A stretch of 32,000 nucleotides of DNA from Enterobacter sp. UNJFSC 003 (GCF_036903355.1 NZ_JBAKHK010000016.1:43812-75811); one strand, 5' to 3'; shown: positions 1 to 11,816, counted from the first letter of the stretch. Program-made: numbers and translations. Notes: generated from the sequence alone by a model not told the origin.

Positions 1-462
1 CTCCGGCGGCAGGTCAGCCATCTCATGGGTGATGGCAAAGTCGTTTGCCATGCGGCACGCTTCTTCCACTGGCCCATCAATAAAGGCTTGTTCTTCAGCG
101 GTCAGGCGCGGCTGCGGATAGTTATGCAGTTTTTTCCAGTCCGGATTGCCCTGGAACAGGTCACCTTCCCACCAGGTGGTGCCCGCATCAATCGCTTCTT
201 TCTCGGTACGCGACATCGGCGGCATCACTTTACGGAAGCCCTTGAACACCGGCGCGGAGATCATCGATTTACGCATCGGGGTAAGGTTAAGCGGCAGAAG
301 GATGAGGGCCAGCGGCACTAAAAGCCAGATATTCCAAAGACCGGCGACGCCAAGCGCAGCGGTCCAGGCCAACAGAATCAGGCTGCTTAGGAATAAACTT
401 ACGCGGTGATAAAACAACACACCGAGCAGAACAACGGTTGCGAGAATACTCAAAATCATCAT
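1..462 (-). CDS. fadE: Acyl-CoA dehydrogenase FadE, N-terminal part (gene runs off the window start)
   Basis: The reverse frame is open from 462 to the window edge. It translates [34 protein letters not shown]... and continues in frame to position 1, which I recognise as the enterobacterial FadE N-terminus. There is a GGGAGC SD-like element upstream, and the gene sits in the conserved divergent position next to gmhA. It is absent from the ORF track because it has no stop inside the window. Confidence 0.9.
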   Translation of the reverse strand, partial: MMILSILATVVLLGVLFYHRVSLFLSSLILLAWTAALGVAGLWNIWLLVPLALILLPLNLTPMRKSMISAPVFKGFRKVMPPMSRTEKEAIDAGTTWWEGDLFQGNPDWKKLHNYPQPRLTAEEQAFIDGPVEEACRMANDFAITHEMADLPPE

Positions 463-701
463 AAAGAAAAGCTCCCTTGCTTGTAGGAGGTCTGACCACT
501 TGTGATGATATGGTTGTAGTGGATGTTATTTCTTTTAGCAATGTGTTCACAAAATAATTACAACCTGGTTCACATTGTTCATGTTTTCTACGGCACGAAA
601 AATCAAAACGCCGGACGATTCGCATGGCTTTAGCTTCTCGCTTTTCGCGCTATCCGGTACACTCCACTGTGTTATTTCATCAATACTGAAGGATTATCCT
701 C

Positions 702-1280
702 ATGTACCAGGATCTTATTCGTAACGAACTGAACGAAGCGGCGGAAACGCTGGCTAACTTTCTGAAAGATGATGCCAATATTCACGCTATTCAGCGCGCG
801 GCGGTCCTGCTGGCCGACAGCTTCAAAGCCGGTGGCAAAGTGCTCTCCTGCGGCAACGGTGGCTCCCATTGCGACGCCATGCACTTCGCAGAAGAGCTGA
901 CCGGGCGTTATCGCGAAAATCGTCCGGGCTACCCGGCGATTGCGATTTCCGACGTGAGCCACATCTCCTGCGTGGGCAACGACTTCGGTTACGACTACAT
1001 CTTCTCTCGTTATGTGGAAGCGGTGGGTCGTGAAGGCGACGTTCTGCTGGGTATTTCGACGTCCGGCAACTCCGCGAACGTGATCAAAGCCATTGCTGCG
1101 GCACGTGAAAAGGGGATGAAAGTGATCACCCTGACCGGTAAAGACGGCGGTAAGATGGACGGTACGGCGGATATCGAAATTCGCGTTCCGCATTTTGGCT
1201 ATGCTGACCGCATTCAGGAGATTCACATCAAAGTGATCCATATCCTGATCCAGCTGATCGAAAAAGAGATGGTTAAGTAA
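702..1280 (+). CDS. gmhA: Phosphoheptose isomerase (sedoheptulose-7-phosphate isomerase)
   Basis: The 192-aa ORF begins [21 protein letters not shown] and contains [18 protein letters not shown] and the SIS-domain motif GISTSGNS. Its length and neighbours match GmhA/LpcA. Confidence 0.95.
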   Translation: MYQDLIRNELNEAAETLANFLKDDANIHAIQRAAVLLADSFKAGGKVLSCGNGGSHCDAMHFAEELTGRYRENRPGYPAIAISDVSHISCVGNDFGYDYIFSRYVEAVGREGDVLLGISTSGNSANVIKAIAAAREKGMKVITLTGKDGGKMDGTADIEIRVPHFGYADRIQEIHIKVIHILIQLIEKEMVK

Positions 1281-1332
1281 GACTTCGCTGGGGGGCCTGG
1301 TGCCCCCCGCAGTTGTGGAGTGGAGGTAATCT

Positions 1333-2100
1333 ATGTGCGAACTGCTCGGGATGAGCGCCAATGTGCCAACCGATATCTGCTTTAGTTTCACCGGGCTGGT
1401 TCAGCGCGGTGGGAGGACAGGGCCGCATAAAGACGGCTGGGGCATAACCTTCTACGAAGGCAAAGGGTGTCGCACGTTCAAAGATCCACAACCCAGTTTT
1501 AACTCACCGATAGCGAAGCTGGTGCAGGACTATCCGATAAAGTCCCGCTCGGTGATCGCGCATATCCGCCAGGCAAACCGCGGGGAAGTGGCGCTGGAAA
1601 ATACACACCCGTTTACCCGTGAACTCTGGGGCCGTAACTGGACCTATGCGCACAACGGACAGCTCACGGGCTATAAGTCTCTTGAGACGGGCAATTTCCG
1701 CCCGGTCGGCGAAACCGACAGTGAAAAAGCCTTTTGCTGGATGCTGCACAAATTAACCGAGCGTTATCCACGTACTCCCAGCAATATGGCAGCCGTGTTT
1801 AAGTACATCGCGTCGCTGGCGACAGAGCTGAGGGAGAAAGGCGTGTTTAACATGCTGTTGTCAGACGGGCGCTACGTAATGGCGTTCTGCTCGACAAATT
1901 TGTTCTGGATAACCCGCCGTGCGCCGTTTGGCGTGGCAAAGCTGCTGGATCAGGATGTGGAAATCGATTTTCAGAAAGAGACCACGCCAAATGATGTGGT
2001 CTCTGTTATCGCTACGCAGCCGCTGACGGGCAACGAAACCTGGCAAAAGATTATGCCAGGCGAGTGGGTACTATTTTGTCTCGGGGACCGCGTAGTTTGA
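1333..2100 (+). CDS. yafJ: Class II (Ntn) glutamine amidotransferase YafJ
   Basis: The 255-aa ORF starts MCELLGMS, giving the catalytic Cys2 typical of Ntn amidotransferases. Its position after gmhA matches E. coli yafJ. Confidence 0.9.
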   Translation: MCELLGMSANVPTDICFSFTGLVQRGGRTGPHKDGWGITFYEGKGCRTFKDPQPSFNSPIAKLVQDYPIKSRSVIAHIRQANRGEVALENTHPFTRELWGRNWTYAHNGQLTGYKSLETGNFRPVGETDSEKAFCWMLHKLTERYPRTPSNMAAVFKYIASLATELREKGVFNMLLSDGRYVMAFCSTNLFWITRRAPFGVAKLLDQDVEIDFQKETTPNDVVSVIATQPLTGNETWQKIMPGEWVLFCLGDRVV

Positions 2101-2811
2101 CGCCAGCTGCGGATGGACGACTTCGTGGCTCAGCGGTTTGCTGACCACGTAACGGCCATCGACGATAGAGACCACTGGCGGCTTGTGGGTCTGCTCAAAG
2201 TAGTCATAACCTGGCTTCAGCTGTTTCCAGAAATCGGAATAGTAAGAGTACTTATGGCGCGCCATGTTGGCATCGGTCATGCGGAACGGATAAATACTTA
2301 CCTGAACGTTAGGTTGACCAAAGACCAGCGCACCCGTTACAAACTGGAAGATCTCATCAATGCCGGAGTCGGTCATCGCATAGCAGCCGATAGACACGCA
2401 GGCACCGTGAATCATCAGGTATTTACCTTCATAGCCGTGGGCACGGTCATACGCATTCGGGAAGCCGATATTAATCGCTTTATAGAAGCGGCTGTCAGGT
2501 TTTAACTGGCTACGCTGAACGTTGTAAAACCCTTCCGGACTTTTGAAATCTCCCTGACGCTGTTTAGGCCCCAGACCACCGGAATAGTTACAAATTTTGT
2601 AGCTGTCGAGCAGCTGATATGTCTCACCCATTTTCACAAATAGGTCGAGTGTGCGTTCTTCCTTGAAGATTTGAATATAAACCGGCGATCCCATTAACTG
2701 CTGTTTATATTCTTTGCTGATCGGCGTGGTTGAACTGTTACTGCTGAGCAGTCCCGCAAACGACACGCACGGAATCAGAAGCATCGCAATGAACAATGCG
2801 ATTTTACGCAT
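2071..2811 (-). CDS. yafK: L,D-transpeptidase-family periplasmic protein YafK
   Basis: The 246-aa ORF has a signal peptide ([19 protein letters not shown]) and the YkuD-type active-site stretch [15 protein letters not shown]. It converges on yafJ and overlaps it by 30 nt. Confidence 0.9.
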   Translation of the reverse strand: MRKIALFIAMLLIPCVSFAGLLSSNSSTTPISKEYKQQLMGSPVYIQIFKEERTLDLFVKMGETYQLLDSYKICNYSGGLGPKQRQGDFKSPEGFYNVQRSQLKPDSRFYKAINIGFPNAYDRAHGYEGKYLMIHGACVSIGCYAMTDSGIDEIFQFVTGALVFGQPNVQVSIYPFRMTDANMARHKYSYYSDFWKQLKPGYDYFEQTHKPPVVSIVDGRYVVSKPLSHEVVHPQLASNYAVPETK

Positions 2812-3112
2812 ACTACTAGTTCCTTGATAAAACTAAGACCAACTTGCCAGGGCGGCAAAAGAGACCCGAAATCAGATTAATCTGGATTAGGAGCGCTCAC
2901 ATTAGCATCGCTATAGATTTTCGCAAGAGCGGAGCTGTTAGTTTACAAATTAGTTTTACTTTATATCTTATTCAAATAGCGCTGACTCCAGGAACTTTGC
3001 GTAATAGCTCGCAATTTGGCGCGTGCAATGGCGGATTACCTGCCTTCCGGGCGGGCGGAAATGGTACACTCGGCCCCCTCTGGATTGTTGGTCATGGAAA
3101 CTTGCTAACCAC

Positions 3113-4456
3113 ATGTTTAAAATCAGAAAAGGACTTGATCTGCCGATTGCAGGCGTGCCTGAACAGCACGTTTCGACTGGCGCAAGCGTTCGCCATGTCG
3201 CCATTGTGGGTGACGATTATGTGGGGATGCGTCCCTCCATGCGGGTGCAGGAGGGCGATCGCGTCATTAAAGGGCAGGCGCTCTTCGAAGATAAAAAAAA
3301 TCCTGGCGTGATGTTTACCGCGCCAGCGTGCGGCACCGTTGTGGCCATCAATCGCGGCGAACGCCGGGTTCTCCAGTCGGTTGTTATCCGCATCGAAGGA
3401 GACGAACAGCGCGAATTTGCCCCTGTCGACGCGGCAGATCTCGCCTCGCTTGGCCGTGAGGCCGTTCAGGCTCAGCTGTTGGACTCCGGCCTGTGGACGG
3501 CCTTTCGCACGCGCCCGTACAGCAAGTCCCCCGTGCCTGGCACAGCGCCGGCCGCTATCTTCGTGACGGCAATCGACACCAACCCGCTCAGCGCAGATCC
3601 GCAGCCCATTATTCTGGCGCAGCGCAAAGCCTTTGATGCCGGGCTGACCCTTTTATCGCGCCTGACGCCTGGCAAAGTCCATGTGTGTCAGGCCAGCGGC
3701 GGCAAGCTCGGCGGGCATCCGCAGGGCCAGGTCACGTTTAATGAATTCGCAGGGCCACATCCCGCTGGCCTGGCCGGCACCCATATTCACTTCCTTGAGC
3801 CCGTAAGCCTGACAAAGCAGGTCTGGCATGTGAATTACCAGGACGTCATTGCTATCGGAAAGCTCTTTACGACCGGAGAATTCAGCGCTGAACGTGTGGT
3901 CGCGATAGGGGGACCGCAGGCGGTCAACCCGCGGCTGGTGCGTACGCTGCTGGGCGCAGATATCAATGAACTGCTCGAGGGGGAAGTGAAAGAGGGCGAA
4001 AATCGCCTGATTTCGGGTTCGGTGCTCAATGGCCGCCAGGCTGTCGGTCACCACGCCTATCTGGGGCGCTTTCACCTGCAGATAAGCGTTGTCGAGGAAG
4101 GGCGCAACAAAGAGTTATTCGGCTGGGTTCTGCCAGGGGCAGAGAAATACTCAGTAACCCGCACCACGCTGGGCCACTTCCTGCGTCGCAAACTCTTTAA
4201 CTTCTCTACCAGTACCCACGGCGGTGAACGCGCGATGGTGCCAATCGGCAGCTACGAGCGCGTCATGCCGCTCGATATTTTGCCGACCCTGCTGCTGCGC
4301 GATCTGCTTGCCGGTGATTCCGATAGCGCGCAGGCGCTCGGCTGCCTTGAGCTGGACGAAGAGGACCTGGCGCTCTGTACCTACGTGTGTCCCGGTAAAT
4401 ACGAATATGGACCCGTATTGCGCGAGGTGTTAACCCGCATTGAGCAGGAAGGATAA
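3113..4456 (+). CDS. nqrA: Na+-translocating NADH:quinone oxidoreductase subunit A
   Basis: I chose the internal ATG at 3113, giving [18 protein letters not shown] and 447 aa, the canonical NqrA N-terminus and length. The ORF-track start at 3023 adds 30 non-conserved residues. It is the first gene of a six-gene nqr cluster. Confidence 0.93.
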   Translation: MFKIRKGLDLPIAGVPEQHVSTGASVRHVAIVGDDYVGMRPSMRVQEGDRVIKGQALFEDKKNPGVMFTAPACGTVVAINRGERRVLQSVVIRIEGDEQREFAPVDAADLASLGREAVQAQLLDSGLWTAFRTRPYSKSPVPGTAPAAIFVTAIDTNPLSADPQPIILAQRKAFDAGLTLLSRLTPGKVHVCQASGGKLGGHPQGQVTFNEFAGPHPAGLAGTHIHFLEPVSLTKQVWHVNYQDVIAIGKLFTTGEFSAERVVAIGGPQAVNPRLVRTLLGADINELLEGEVKEGENRLISGSVLNGRQAVGHHAYLGRFHLQISVVEEGRNKELFGWVLPGAEKYSVTRTTLGHFLRRKLFNFSTSTHGGERAMVPIGSYERVMPLDILPTLLLRDLLAGDSDSAQALGCLELDEEDLALCTYVCPGKYEYGPVLREVLTRIEQEG

Positions 4457-4459
4457 CCG

Positions 4460-5695
4460 ATGGGCTTAAAACACCTCTTTGAAAAAATTGAGCCGCACTT
4501 TACGCTAGGTAAGCTTAAAAAGTATTACCCGCTGTATGAAGCGACGGCGACCATTTTCTACACGCCGGGGCTGGTGACGAAAGGCGCGTCGCACGTACGC
4601 GATGCCATCGACCTGAAGCGGATGATGATTCTGGTTTGGTTTGCCGTTTTCCCGGCAATGTTCTGGGGCATGTACAACGTGGGCTTGCAGACGATCCCTG
4701 CGCTGCACCATCTGTACGATGCCCCGCAGCTGGCACAGGTGATCCAGTCAGACTGGCACTACCGCCTGGCGCAGTCCTTGGGTGTGAGCTTTGCGGCGGA
4801 TGCGGGCTGGATGAGCATGATGACGCTGGGGGCGGTCTTCTTCCTGCCAATTTACTTCACAGTGTTCATCGTGGGCGGCTTCTGGGAAGTGCTGTTTGCC
4901 ATTATTCGCAAGCATGAGATCAACGAAGGTTTCTTTGTTACCTCCATCCTCTTTGCGCTGATTGTACCGCCCACGCTGCCGCTCTGGCAGGCTGCTCTCG
5001 GTATCAGCTTCGGCGTGGTGATCGCAAAAGAGATCTTCGGCGGGACCGGGCGTAACTTCCTCAACCCGGCGCTGGCGGGGCGAGCATTTCTGTTCTTTGC
5101 CTACCCGGCTCAAATCTCGGGCGACCTGGTATGGACGGCGGCGGACGGATTTTCCGGCGCGACGCCGCTTTCTCAGTGGGCCGCGCACGGGGGCGAAACG
5201 CTGGTTAATAACGCGACGGGACAGCCCGTGACCTGGTTCGATGCCTTTATTGGCACTATTCCAGGCTCGATTGGGGAAGTCTCTACGCTGATGATTTTGA
5301 TTGGCGGTGCGATCATTCTTTTTGGTCGCGTGGCCTCCTGGCGGATTGTAGCCGGCGTGACGATCGGCATGGTGCTCACCGCCACGCTGTTTAACGTCAT
5401 CGGTTCAGCCACCAACCCCATGTTCTCAATGCCCTGGTACTGGCATCTGGTGTCAGGGGGTTTTGCGTTCGGCATGATGTTCATGGCCACCGACCCCGTC
5501 TCGGCTTCGTTTACTGACAAAGGTAAGTGGAGTTATGGCGTGCTCATTGGCGTGATGTGTGTCCTGATTCGCGTGGTCAATCCGGCCTATCCGGAGGGGA
5601 TGATGCTGGCCATTCTGTTTGCCAATCTGTTCGCGCCGCTTTTCGATTATCTGGTTGTGCGCGCCAACATTAAGCGGAGGAAGGCGCGTGGCTGA
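4460..5695 (+). CDS. nqrB: Na+-NQR subunit B
   Basis: A 411-aa polytopic membrane protein beginning [14 protein letters not shown]. It starts 3 nt after the nqrA stop. Confidence 0.93.
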   Translation: MGLKHLFEKIEPHFTLGKLKKYYPLYEATATIFYTPGLVTKGASHVRDAIDLKRMMILVWFAVFPAMFWGMYNVGLQTIPALHHLYDAPQLAQVIQSDWHYRLAQSLGVSFAADAGWMSMMTLGAVFFLPIYFTVFIVGGFWEVLFAIIRKHEINEGFFVTSILFALIVPPTLPLWQAALGISFGVVIAKEIFGGTGRNFLNPALAGRAFLFFAYPAQISGDLVWTAADGFSGATPLSQWAAHGGETLVNNATGQPVTWFDAFIGTIPGSIGEVSTLMILIGGAIILFGRVASWRIVAGVTIGMVLTATLFNVIGSATNPMFSMPWYWHLVSGGFAFGMMFMATDPVSASFTDKGKWSYGVLIGVMCVLIRVVNPAYPEGMMLAILFANLFAPLFDYLVVRANIKRRKARG

Positions 5696-6482
5696 TATTA
5701 AAAATAATGACAGCATCAGCAAAACGCTGCTGGTGGTGCTGGTGCTTTGCCTGGTCTGTTCCATTGTGGTTGCCGGCTCTGCCGTTGGGCTAAAGGCGCT
5801 GCAGCAGGAACAGCGCGCGCTGGATAAGCAGCGCAATATCCTTGCCGTTGCCGGACTGATGCAGGAAGGGATGAGCGCAGAGGATGTCTCTTCCGTTTTC
5901 GCTGAGCGCATATCCGCACGTCTGGTGGATTTAAAAACCGGCCAGCTTCTGGATAAAGATCCGGCGAAATATAACCAGGCCCAGGCGCTGAAAGATCCCC
6001 AGATGAGCCTGACGCTTGAGGCATCTCAGGATCCGGCGGGCATTAAGCGTCGCAGCAATCTGGCGGAGATCTATCTGGTACGCGACGAGCAAAAGCGCGT
6101 ACAGGAGCTGGTGCTGCCCATTTACGGCAACGGCCTCTGGTCGATGATGTATGCCTTTGTGGCGCTTGATACGGACGGTCGCACTGTTAAAGGTATTACC
6201 TATTATGACCAGGGGGAAACGCCGGGGTTGGGTGGGGAAATTGAGAACCCTAACTGGCGCGCGCAGTTTGTCGGTAAAAAAGTGCTCGACGACAACGGTC
6301 AACCAGCCCTGAGAGTGATGAAAGGGGCTGCACGCCCTGGTGACGCGTACGCCATTGACGGGCTTTCCGGTGCAACGCTCACCTCTAACGGGGTGCAGCA
6401 CAGCTTTGATTTCTGGATGGGGGCGCTGGGTTTTGGTCCCTTCCTGAAAAACGTACGTGAAGGAGCGCTGAACAATGGCTGA
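5688..6482 (+). CDS. nqrC: Na+-NQR subunit C
   Basis: The GTG at 5688 is preceded by a GGAGGA SD and overlaps the nqrB stop by 8 nt. The product is (M)[29 protein letters not shown], a single N-terminal TM helix, with the FMN-attachment-type SGATLTS motif, at 264 aa. The ORF-track start at 5619 lies inside nqrB. Confidence 0.88.
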   Translation: MADIKNNDSISKTLLVVLVLCLVCSIVVAGSAVGLKALQQEQRALDKQRNILAVAGLMQEGMSAEDVSSVFAERISARLVDLKTGQLLDKDPAKYNQAQALKDPQMSLTLEASQDPAGIKRRSNLAEIYLVRDEQKRVQELVLPIYGNGLWSMMYAFVALDTDGRTVKGITYYDQGETPGLGGEIENPNWRAQFVGKKVLDDNGQPALRVMKGAARPGDAYAIDGLSGATLTSNGVQHSFDFWMGALGFGPFLKNVREGALNNG

Positions 6483-7113
6483 TACGGGTGAACTGAAAGA
6501 AGTTAAAAAGGTGCTGACTGGCCCGCTGTTAGCCAATAACCCAATCACCCTGCAGGTGCTGGGCGTCTGCTCGGCGCTGGCGGTAACGACGAAACTGGAA
6601 ACGGCGCTGGTGATGACCGTCGCGGTGACGCTGGTCACCGCATTCTCCAGCATGTTTATCTCCATGATCCGCCACCACATCCCAAACAGCGTGAGGATCA
6701 TCGTGCAGATGGCGATCATCGCCTCGCTGGTGATCGTGGTCGATCAGCTGCTGCGCGCCTTCGCCTATGAAACGTCAAAACAGCTCTCGGTGTTTGTCGG
6801 TCTGATTATCACCAACTGTATCGTAATGGGGCGTGCGGAAGCCTACGCCATGAAAATGCCGCCGCTGGCGAGCTTGATGGACGGTATCGGCAACGGCCTG
6901 GGGTACGGCGTGATCCTGCTGACAGTAGGGTTCCTGCGCGAGTTGATCGGTAGCGGCAAGCTGTTTGGCATCACGGTGCTGGACACGGTACAGAACGGCG
7001 GCTGGTATCTGCCTAACGGACTGTTTCTGCTGGCCCCAAGCGCATTTTTCATTATCGGTTTGCTGATCTGGCTGATTCGTACGCTGAAGCCAGAGCAGCA
7101 GGAAAAGGAGTAA
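6475..7113 (+). CDS. nqrD: Na+-NQR subunit D
   Basis: A 212-aa membrane protein containing [18 protein letters not shown] (RnfE/NqrD family). It overlaps the nqrC stop. Confidence 0.93.
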   Translation: MADTGELKEVKKVLTGPLLANNPITLQVLGVCSALAVTTKLETALVMTVAVTLVTAFSSMFISMIRHHIPNSVRIIVQMAIIASLVIVVDQLLRAFAYETSKQLSVFVGLIITNCIVMGRAEAYAMKMPPLASLMDGIGNGLGYGVILLTVGFLRELIGSGKLFGITVLDTVQNGGWYLPNGLFLLAPSAFFIIGLLIWLIRTLKPEQQEKE

Positions 7114-7119
7114 CCGGGG

Positions 7120-7716
7120 ATGGCTCATTACCTGAGTTTGTTTGTGCGCGCGGTGTTTGTTGAAAACATGGCGCTCGCGTTTTTCCTGGGCATGTGTACT
7201 TTCCTGGCGGTGTCCAAAAAAGTGTCGACGGCGTTTGGGTTGGGGGTGGCAGTCACCGTGGTGCTGGGGCTCTCGGTTCCCATTAACAATTTGGTGTTTA
7301 ACTATGTGCTGCGCGATGGCGCGCTGATGGAAGGCGTTGACCTGAGCTTTCTGAATTTCATTACGTTTATTGGTGTGATTGCCGCGCTGGTGCAAATCCT
7401 CGAGATGATCCTCGATAAATATTTCCCGTCGCTCTACAACGCACTGGGCATCTTTCTGCCGCTGATCGCGGTGAATTGCGCCATCTTCGGCGGCGTGTCG
7501 TTTATGGTTCAGCGTGACTACAACTTCAGCGAATCCATTGTGTATGGTTTTGGTTCCGGTATCGGCTGGATGCTGGCGATCGTCACCATGGCGGGGATCC
7601 GCGAAAAAATGAAATATGCCAACGTGCCTGCGGGCCTGCGCGGCTTAGGGATCACCTTTATCACCACCGGGCTGATGGCGCTGGGCTTTATGTCCTTCTC
7701 CGGTGTGCAGCTATAA
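7120..7716 (+). CDS. nqrE: Na+-NQR subunit E
   Basis: A 198-aa membrane protein containing [21 protein letters not shown] (RnfA/NqrE family). Confidence 0.93.
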   Translation: MAHYLSLFVRAVFVENMALAFFLGMCTFLAVSKKVSTAFGLGVAVTVVLGLSVPINNLVFNYVLRDGALMEGVDLSFLNFITFIGVIAALVQILEMILDKYFPSLYNALGIFLPLIAVNCAIFGGVSFMVQRDYNFSESIVYGFGSGIGWMLAIVTMAGIREKMKYANVPAGLRGLGITFITTGLMALGFMSFSGVQL

Positions 7717-7726
7717 GGGAAAGCAG

Positions 7727-8950
7727 ATGGAAATTATTCTTGGCGTGGTGATGTTCACGCTGATTGTACTGGTACTGTCGGGGCTAATTCTGGCCGCGCG
7801 CGCAAAGCTGGTGAACGCCGGTGACGTTGTCATTGATATCAACGATGAACCGCAAAATCAGATCCGTACCTCGGCGGGGGATAAGCTGCTGAACACGCTC
7901 TCCGGCAATGGGATTTTTGTCTCGTCAGCCTGCGGCGGCGGGGGATCTTGCGGGCAGTGCCGCGTCACGGTCAAAGAGGGCGGCGGTGATATCCTACCCA
8001 CTGAGCTGGCGCATATCTCGAAACGCGAGGCGAAAGAGGGCTGCCGTCTGGCCTGCCAGGTCGCGGTACGTCAGAACATGAAGATTGAACTGCCGGAAGA
8101 GATTTTCGGCGTCAAAAAATGGGCGTGTGAGGTTATCTCGAACGATAACAAAGCGACCTTCATTAAAGAACTCAGGCTACGCGTGCCGGAAGGGGAAAGC
8201 GTACCGTTCCGCGCGGGCGGCTATATTCAGATTGAGTGCCCGGCGCACACCGTAGCGTACAGAGACTTTGACGTGCCGGAGGCGTATCGCGCCGATTGGG
8301 ATAAATTCAACCTCTTCCGTTTTGTTTCCGAGGTTAAAGAGCCAACGCTGCGTGCCTACTCTATGGCCAACTACCCGGAAGAGAAGGGCATCATCATGCT
8401 CAACGTGCGTATTGCCACGCCGCCACCGAACGTGCCGGACGCGCCGCCGGGGATTATGTCTTCTTACATCTGGTCGCTAAAACCGGGCGATAAAGTGACG
8501 ATCTCCGGCCCGTTTGGGGAGTTCTTTGCCAAAGAGACCGACGCGGAAATGGTCTTTATTGGTGGGGGGGCGGGTATGGCTCCGATGCGCTCGCATATTT
8601 TTGACCAGCTTAAGCGGCTTGGCAGCAAGCGTAAAATCAGCTTCTGGTACGGGGCGCGTTCGCGGCGAGAAATGTTCTACGACGATGAATTTGAACAGCT
8701 GGCGCGCGAGAACCCGAATTTTACGTTCCATGTGGCGCTCTCCGATCCGCAGCCGGAAGATAACTGGACTGGTTACACGGGGTTCATCCATAACGTGCTG
8801 TATGAAAACTACCTCAAACAGCATGCTGCACCGGAAGACTGCGAGTTCTACATGTGTGGTCCACCCATGATGAACGCCGCCGTGATTAAGATGCTTAACG
8901 ATCTCGGCGTGGAAGATGAGAACATCATGCTCGATGATTTTGGAGGCTGA
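7727..8950 (+). CDS. nqrF: Na+-NQR subunit F (2Fe-2S ferredoxin / FAD-NADH reductase)
   Basis: The ATG at 7727 gives [17 protein letters not shown] (a TM anchor) and 407 aa. It has the 2Fe-2S motif [10 protein letters not shown] and an FNR-like RAYSMAN FAD-binding motif. Confidence 0.93.
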   Translation: MEIILGVVMFTLIVLVLSGLILAARAKLVNAGDVVIDINDEPQNQIRTSAGDKLLNTLSGNGIFVSSACGGGGSCGQCRVTVKEGGGDILPTELAHISKREAKEGCRLACQVAVRQNMKIELPEEIFGVKKWACEVISNDNKATFIKELRLRVPEGESVPFRAGGYIQIECPAHTVAYRDFDVPEAYRADWDKFNLFRFVSEVKEPTLRAYSMANYPEEKGIIMLNVRIATPPPNVPDAPPGIMSSYIWSLKPGDKVTISGPFGEFFAKETDAEMVFIGGGAGMAPMRSHIFDQLKRLGSKRKISFWYGARSRREMFYDDEFEQLARENPNFTFHVALSDPQPEDNWTGYTGFIHNVLYENYLKQHAAPEDCEFYMCGPPMMNAAVIKMLNDLGVEDENIMLDDFGG

Positions 8951-9153
8951 TGATGGTGACCTTTCTGGCAACTTTTGCCGTCTTTTTACTGGTGATGTTC
9001 GGCATGTCATTAGGCTGGATCGTTAAACGCAAAAGCATCCAGGGGAGCTGCGGCGGTATCTCTTCCATTGGAATGGAAAAAGTCTGCGATTGTCCGGAAC
9101 CGTGCGACGCCCGGAAAAAGCGGATGGCGCGGGATCGGCAGCGAATTATTTAA
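8950..9153 (+). CDS. nqrM: (Na+)-NQR maturation factor NqrM (DUF539-like)
   Basis: A 67-aa protein with one TM helix followed by GSCGG...CDCPEPC, the Cys pattern I associate with NqrM. It overlaps the nqrF stop (TGATGATG). The true start may be the second ATG at 8953. Confidence 0.7.
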   Translation: MMVTFLATFAVFLLVMFGMSLGWIVKRKSIQGSCGGISSIGMEKVCDCPEPCDARKKRMARDRQRII

Positions 9154-9221
9154 TCATTCAGCCCGGGTAAGGCAAGCCGACACCCGGCGTTATCACATCT
9201 GCTTCTCAATCCTTATTTATT

Positions 9222-9241
9222 TACTGTATACTTATCCAGTA
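9222..9241 (+). promoter_or_regulatory. LexA (SOS) box of the dinB promoter
   Basis: TACTGTATACTTATCCAGTA fits the CTG-N10-CAG consensus and lies 18 nt upstream of the dinB ATG. E. coli dinB has a closely similar box. Confidence 0.85.
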
Positions 9242-9258
9242 ATGAGTGAGGGCTTACT

Positions 9259-10317
9259 ATGCGCAAAATAATCCATGTCGATATGGACTGCTTTTTTGCC
9301 GCAGTGGAGATGCGTGACAATCCGGCGCTGCGGGACATTCCCATTGCAATTGGCGGCAGCCGCGTTCAGCGGGGTGTGATCAGCACCGCTAACTATCCTG
9401 CACGTAAATTTGGCGTGCGCAGCGCCATGCCGACCGCGATGGCTCTGAAACTCTGCCCTCATCTCACGCTTCTGCCCGGGCGGTTTGAGGCGTACAAAGA
9501 GGCCTCGCTGCATATCCGGGAGATCTTCTCCCGGTACACCTCGCTCATTGAACCGCTGTCGTTGGACGAAGCCTATCTGGACGTTACCGACAGCATGCAC
9601 TGCCACGGGTCAGCCACATTAATGGCCCAGGAGATCCGCCAAACTATTTTCAAGGAGCTAAATCTCACCGCATCGGCGGGCGTCGCGCCGGTGAAGTTCC
9701 TCGCCAAAATTGCCTCTGATTTAAACAAGCCTGATGGTCAGTACGTCATCACCCCTGAGGACGTTCCGGCCTTTTTAAAAACGCTGTCACTCAGCAAAAT
9801 ACCCGGCGTGGGGAAAGTCTCTGCGGCAAAGCTGGAAAGCATGGGCCTACGGACGTGTGAAGACGTTCAGCAGAGCGACCTGGCCATGCTGCTTAAGCGC
9901 TTTGGCAAGTTTGGTCGCGTGCTGTGGGAGCGCAGCCAGGGAATTGACGACCGTGACGTCAACAACGAACGTCTGCGTAAATCCGTTGGCGTGGAGCGCA
10001 CGCTAATTGAAGATATTCATGACTGGTCGGAGTGCGAAACCATTATTACCGAACAGCTCTATCCTGAGCTGGAGCGCCGCCTGGCAAAAGTAAAACCGGA
10101 CCTGCTTATCGCGCGTCAGGGCATCAAGCTCAAGTTTAATGACTTTCAGCAGACCACGCAGGAGCACGTCTGGCCACGCCTGAATAAAGAGGATCTTATT
10201 GCTACCGCGAAAAAAGCGTGGGAAGAGCGGCGGGGTGGGCGAGGGGTAAGGCTGGTGGGATTGCACGTCACATTACTTGACCCGCAGCTGGAACGGCAGC
10301 TGGTATTAGGGTTGTAA
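9259..10317 (+). CDS. dinB: DNA polymerase IV (Y-family translesion polymerase)
   Basis: The 352-aa ORF begins [33 protein letters not shown] and contains SLDEAYLDV, which are signature Pol IV motifs. Confidence 0.96.
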   Translation: MRKIIHVDMDCFFAAVEMRDNPALRDIPIAIGGSRVQRGVISTANYPARKFGVRSAMPTAMALKLCPHLTLLPGRFEAYKEASLHIREIFSRYTSLIEPLSLDEAYLDVTDSMHCHGSATLMAQEIRQTIFKELNLTASAGVAPVKFLAKIASDLNKPDGQYVITPEDVPAFLKTLSLSKIPGVGKVSAAKLESMGLRTCEDVQQSDLAMLLKRFGKFGRVLWERSQGIDDRDVNNERLRKSVGVERTLIEDIHDWSECETIITEQLYPELERRLAKVKPDLLIARQGIKLKFNDFQQTTQEHVWPRLNKEDLIATAKKAWEERRGGRGVRLVGLHVTLLDPQLERQLVLGL

Positions 10318-10321
10318 AAAA

Positions 10322-10345
10322 GCCCGGTAAGCGAAGCTACCGGGC
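10322..10345. terminator. Hairpin between convergent dinB and pepD (putative bidirectional terminator)
   Basis: GCCCGGTA-agcgaagc-TACCGGGC is a perfect 8-bp stem. An A-run on the + side supplies a U-tract for the pepD (-) transcript, but no clear U-tract follows for dinB. Confidence 0.5.
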
Positions 10346-10358
10346 ATCAGACGGCGAA

Positions 10359-11816
10359 TTACTTAGCAGGAATCGCTTTCAGCAGTTCAGTCAGCAGCGT
10401 CCAGTAATGACCCACGCTTTCAATATGAACCTGCTCATCCGGAGAGTGTGGCCCGGTGATGGTTGGCCCAATAGACACCATATCCATATCCGGATACGGC
10501 TTCTTGAACAGACCACATTCCAGACCCGCGTGGATCACCTGAATGTTCGGGGTGCTGTTGAACAGACGCTGATAAGTTTCACGCACCAGCGCCATCACCG
10601 GAGAACTTGCGTCCGGCTGCCAGCCAGGGTAGCTGCCTTTAGCGGAGGTTTTCGCGCCCGCCAGGGTACCCAGAGATTCCAGCATGCTCACCACGTACTC
10701 TTTGCCGGTGTCGATCAGGGAACGGATCAGGCAGATGATTTCTGCGCTGTCGTCGCCCATGGTGACGACACCCACGTTCAGTGACGTTTCAACCACGCCT
10801 TTTGCGACGTCAGAGTTGCGGATCACGCCGTTTGGCGTGGCATTCAGCAGTTGAATGAAGCTGTCACGAGACTGCGCGGTCAGCGCGCCTTTATCCGTCG
10901 TCACGGATTCCAGCACCACGGTCAGGTTCTTCTCTTTCTCAGAGAGTTCGTTTTTCAGGATATCCAGATAAACGCTGGAGCGTTTTTTCAGCTCGTCCGC
11001 GTTTGCCGCCGGTACGGCGACGGTCGCGAAAGCTTCACGCGGGATAGCATTGCGCAGCGTACCGCCGTTGAAATCGACCAGACGCAGATCCAGCTCGGCC
11101 GAGTGTCCTGCCAGGAAGCGTGCCAGCAGTTTATTGGCATTGCCCAGGCCCAGGTGAATATCACCGCCGGAGTGGCCGCCTTTCAGACCTTTTAGCGTCA
11201 TCTTGAAGGTCTGGAAGCCTGCAGGAATGGCTTCACGGGACAGCGGCAGCGTGGTGATGAAATCAATCCCACCCGCGCAGCCCATGTAGATTTCACCCTC
11301 TTCTTCAGAGTCGGTGTTGATCAGAATATCCGCCTGCAGCCAGTTCGCCTGCAGACCGAATGCACCGTCCATGCCCGCTTCTTCGGTCATGGTCAGCAGC
11401 ACTTCCAGGGGACCGTGCTCAACGCTGTCGTCAGCCAGCACTGCTAAAGCAGACGCCATGCCAATACCGTTGTCCGCGCCAAGCGTGGTACCGCGTGCTT
11501 TCACCCACTCACCGTCGATGTACGGCTGGATAGGATCTTTAGTGAAGTCGTGAACGGTGTCGTTGTTTTTCTGTGGAACCATGTCCAGGTGCGCCTGCAG
11601 GACAACCGGTTTACGGTTTTCCATACCTGCGGTCGCCGGTTTGCGAATCAAAATGTTGCCAACCTGGTCACGCTCGGCGTGCAGGCCTTTTTCCTTCGCC
11701 CAGACCATAATATGTTCGGCAAGCTGTTCTTCATGATAGGACGGGTGCGGAATGGAACAGATTTTGGCAAAAATATCCCACAGCGGCTGTGGTGATAATT
11801 GAGACAGTTCAGACAC
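10359..11816 (-). CDS. pepD: Cytosol nonspecific dipeptidase / aminoacyl-histidine dipeptidase PepD
   Basis: The GTG start at 11816 is preceded by an AAGGAG SD and gives (M)SELSQLSPQPLWDIFAKICSIPHPSYHEEQLAEHI, 485 aa. That is near-identical to the E. coli PepD N-terminus and matches its length. The ORF-track ATG at 11861 adds 15 unsupported residues. Confidence 0.95.
   Translation of the reverse strand: MSELSQLSPQPLWDIFAKICSIPHPSYHEEQLAEHIMVWAKEKGLHAERDQVGNILIRKPATAGMENRKPVVLQAHLDMVPQKNNDTVHDFTKDPIQPYIDGEWVKARGTTLGADNGIGMASALAVLADDSVEHGPLEVLLTMTEEAGMDGAFGLQANWLQADILINTDSEEEGEIYMGCAGGIDFITTLPLSREAIPAGFQTFKMTLKGLKGGHSGGDIHLGLGNANKLLARFLAGHSAELDLRLVDFNGGTLRNAIPREAFATVAVPAANADELKKRSSVYLDILKNELSEKEKNLTVVLESVTTDKGALTAQSRDSFIQLLNATPNGVIRNSDVAKGVVETSLNVGVVTMGDDSAEIICLIRSLIDTGKEYVVSMLESLGTLAGAKTSAKGSYPGWQPDASSPVMALVRETYQRLFNSTPNIQVIHAGLECGLFKKPYPDMDMVSIGPTITGPHSPDEQVHIESVGHYWTLLTELLKAIPAK

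Noticed and set aside
25-409. Two plus-strand ORFs (98 aa and 87 aa) at the window start
   Set aside because: They are antisense to the fadE N-terminal coding region, which translates into a recognisable FadE sequence. They have no SD and an Arg/His-rich composition.
287-625. 112-aa minus-strand ORF spanning the fadE start region
   Set aside because: It is out of frame with the recognisable FadE reading frame and extends through the fadE promoter region.
1290-1308. GGGGGGC-ctggt-GCCCCCC hairpin between gmhA and yafJ
   Set aside because: It is a stable stem, but no U-tract follows and yafJ starts 25 nt later. It is more likely an intercistronic stabiliser or REP-like hairpin than a terminator, and is unremarkable.
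672-1391. 239-aa ORF on the minus strand
   Set aside because: It lies entirely antisense to gmhA, whose product is unmistakable. It is a typical shadow ORF in GC-rich coding DNA.
2071-2100. 30-nt convergent overlap of yafJ and yafK 3' ends
   Set aside because: It is real in the sequence, but it is a simple tail-to-tail overlap of two conserved core genes and I see no further signal.
2873-2884. Perfect 12-bp palindrome CAGATTAATCTG in the yafK-nqrA intergenic region
   Set aside because: It could be a regulator site for nqr or yafK. However, it matches no consensus I know (not FNR, CRP, ArcA or Fur), and a single short palindrome is weak evidence.
3023-3112. N-terminal extension of nqrA in the ORF track (start at 3023)
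   Set aside because: The canonical NqrA N-terminus [14 protein letters not shown] begins at 3113. The extension is Trp/Arg-rich and non-conserved in appearance.
5931-7395. 262-aa and 206-aa minus-strand ORFs
   Set aside because: They are antisense shadows of nqrC, nqrD and nqrE. Several other ORFs antisense to nqrA, nqrB, nqrF, proB, proA, pepD, phoE and frsA are rejected for the same reason.
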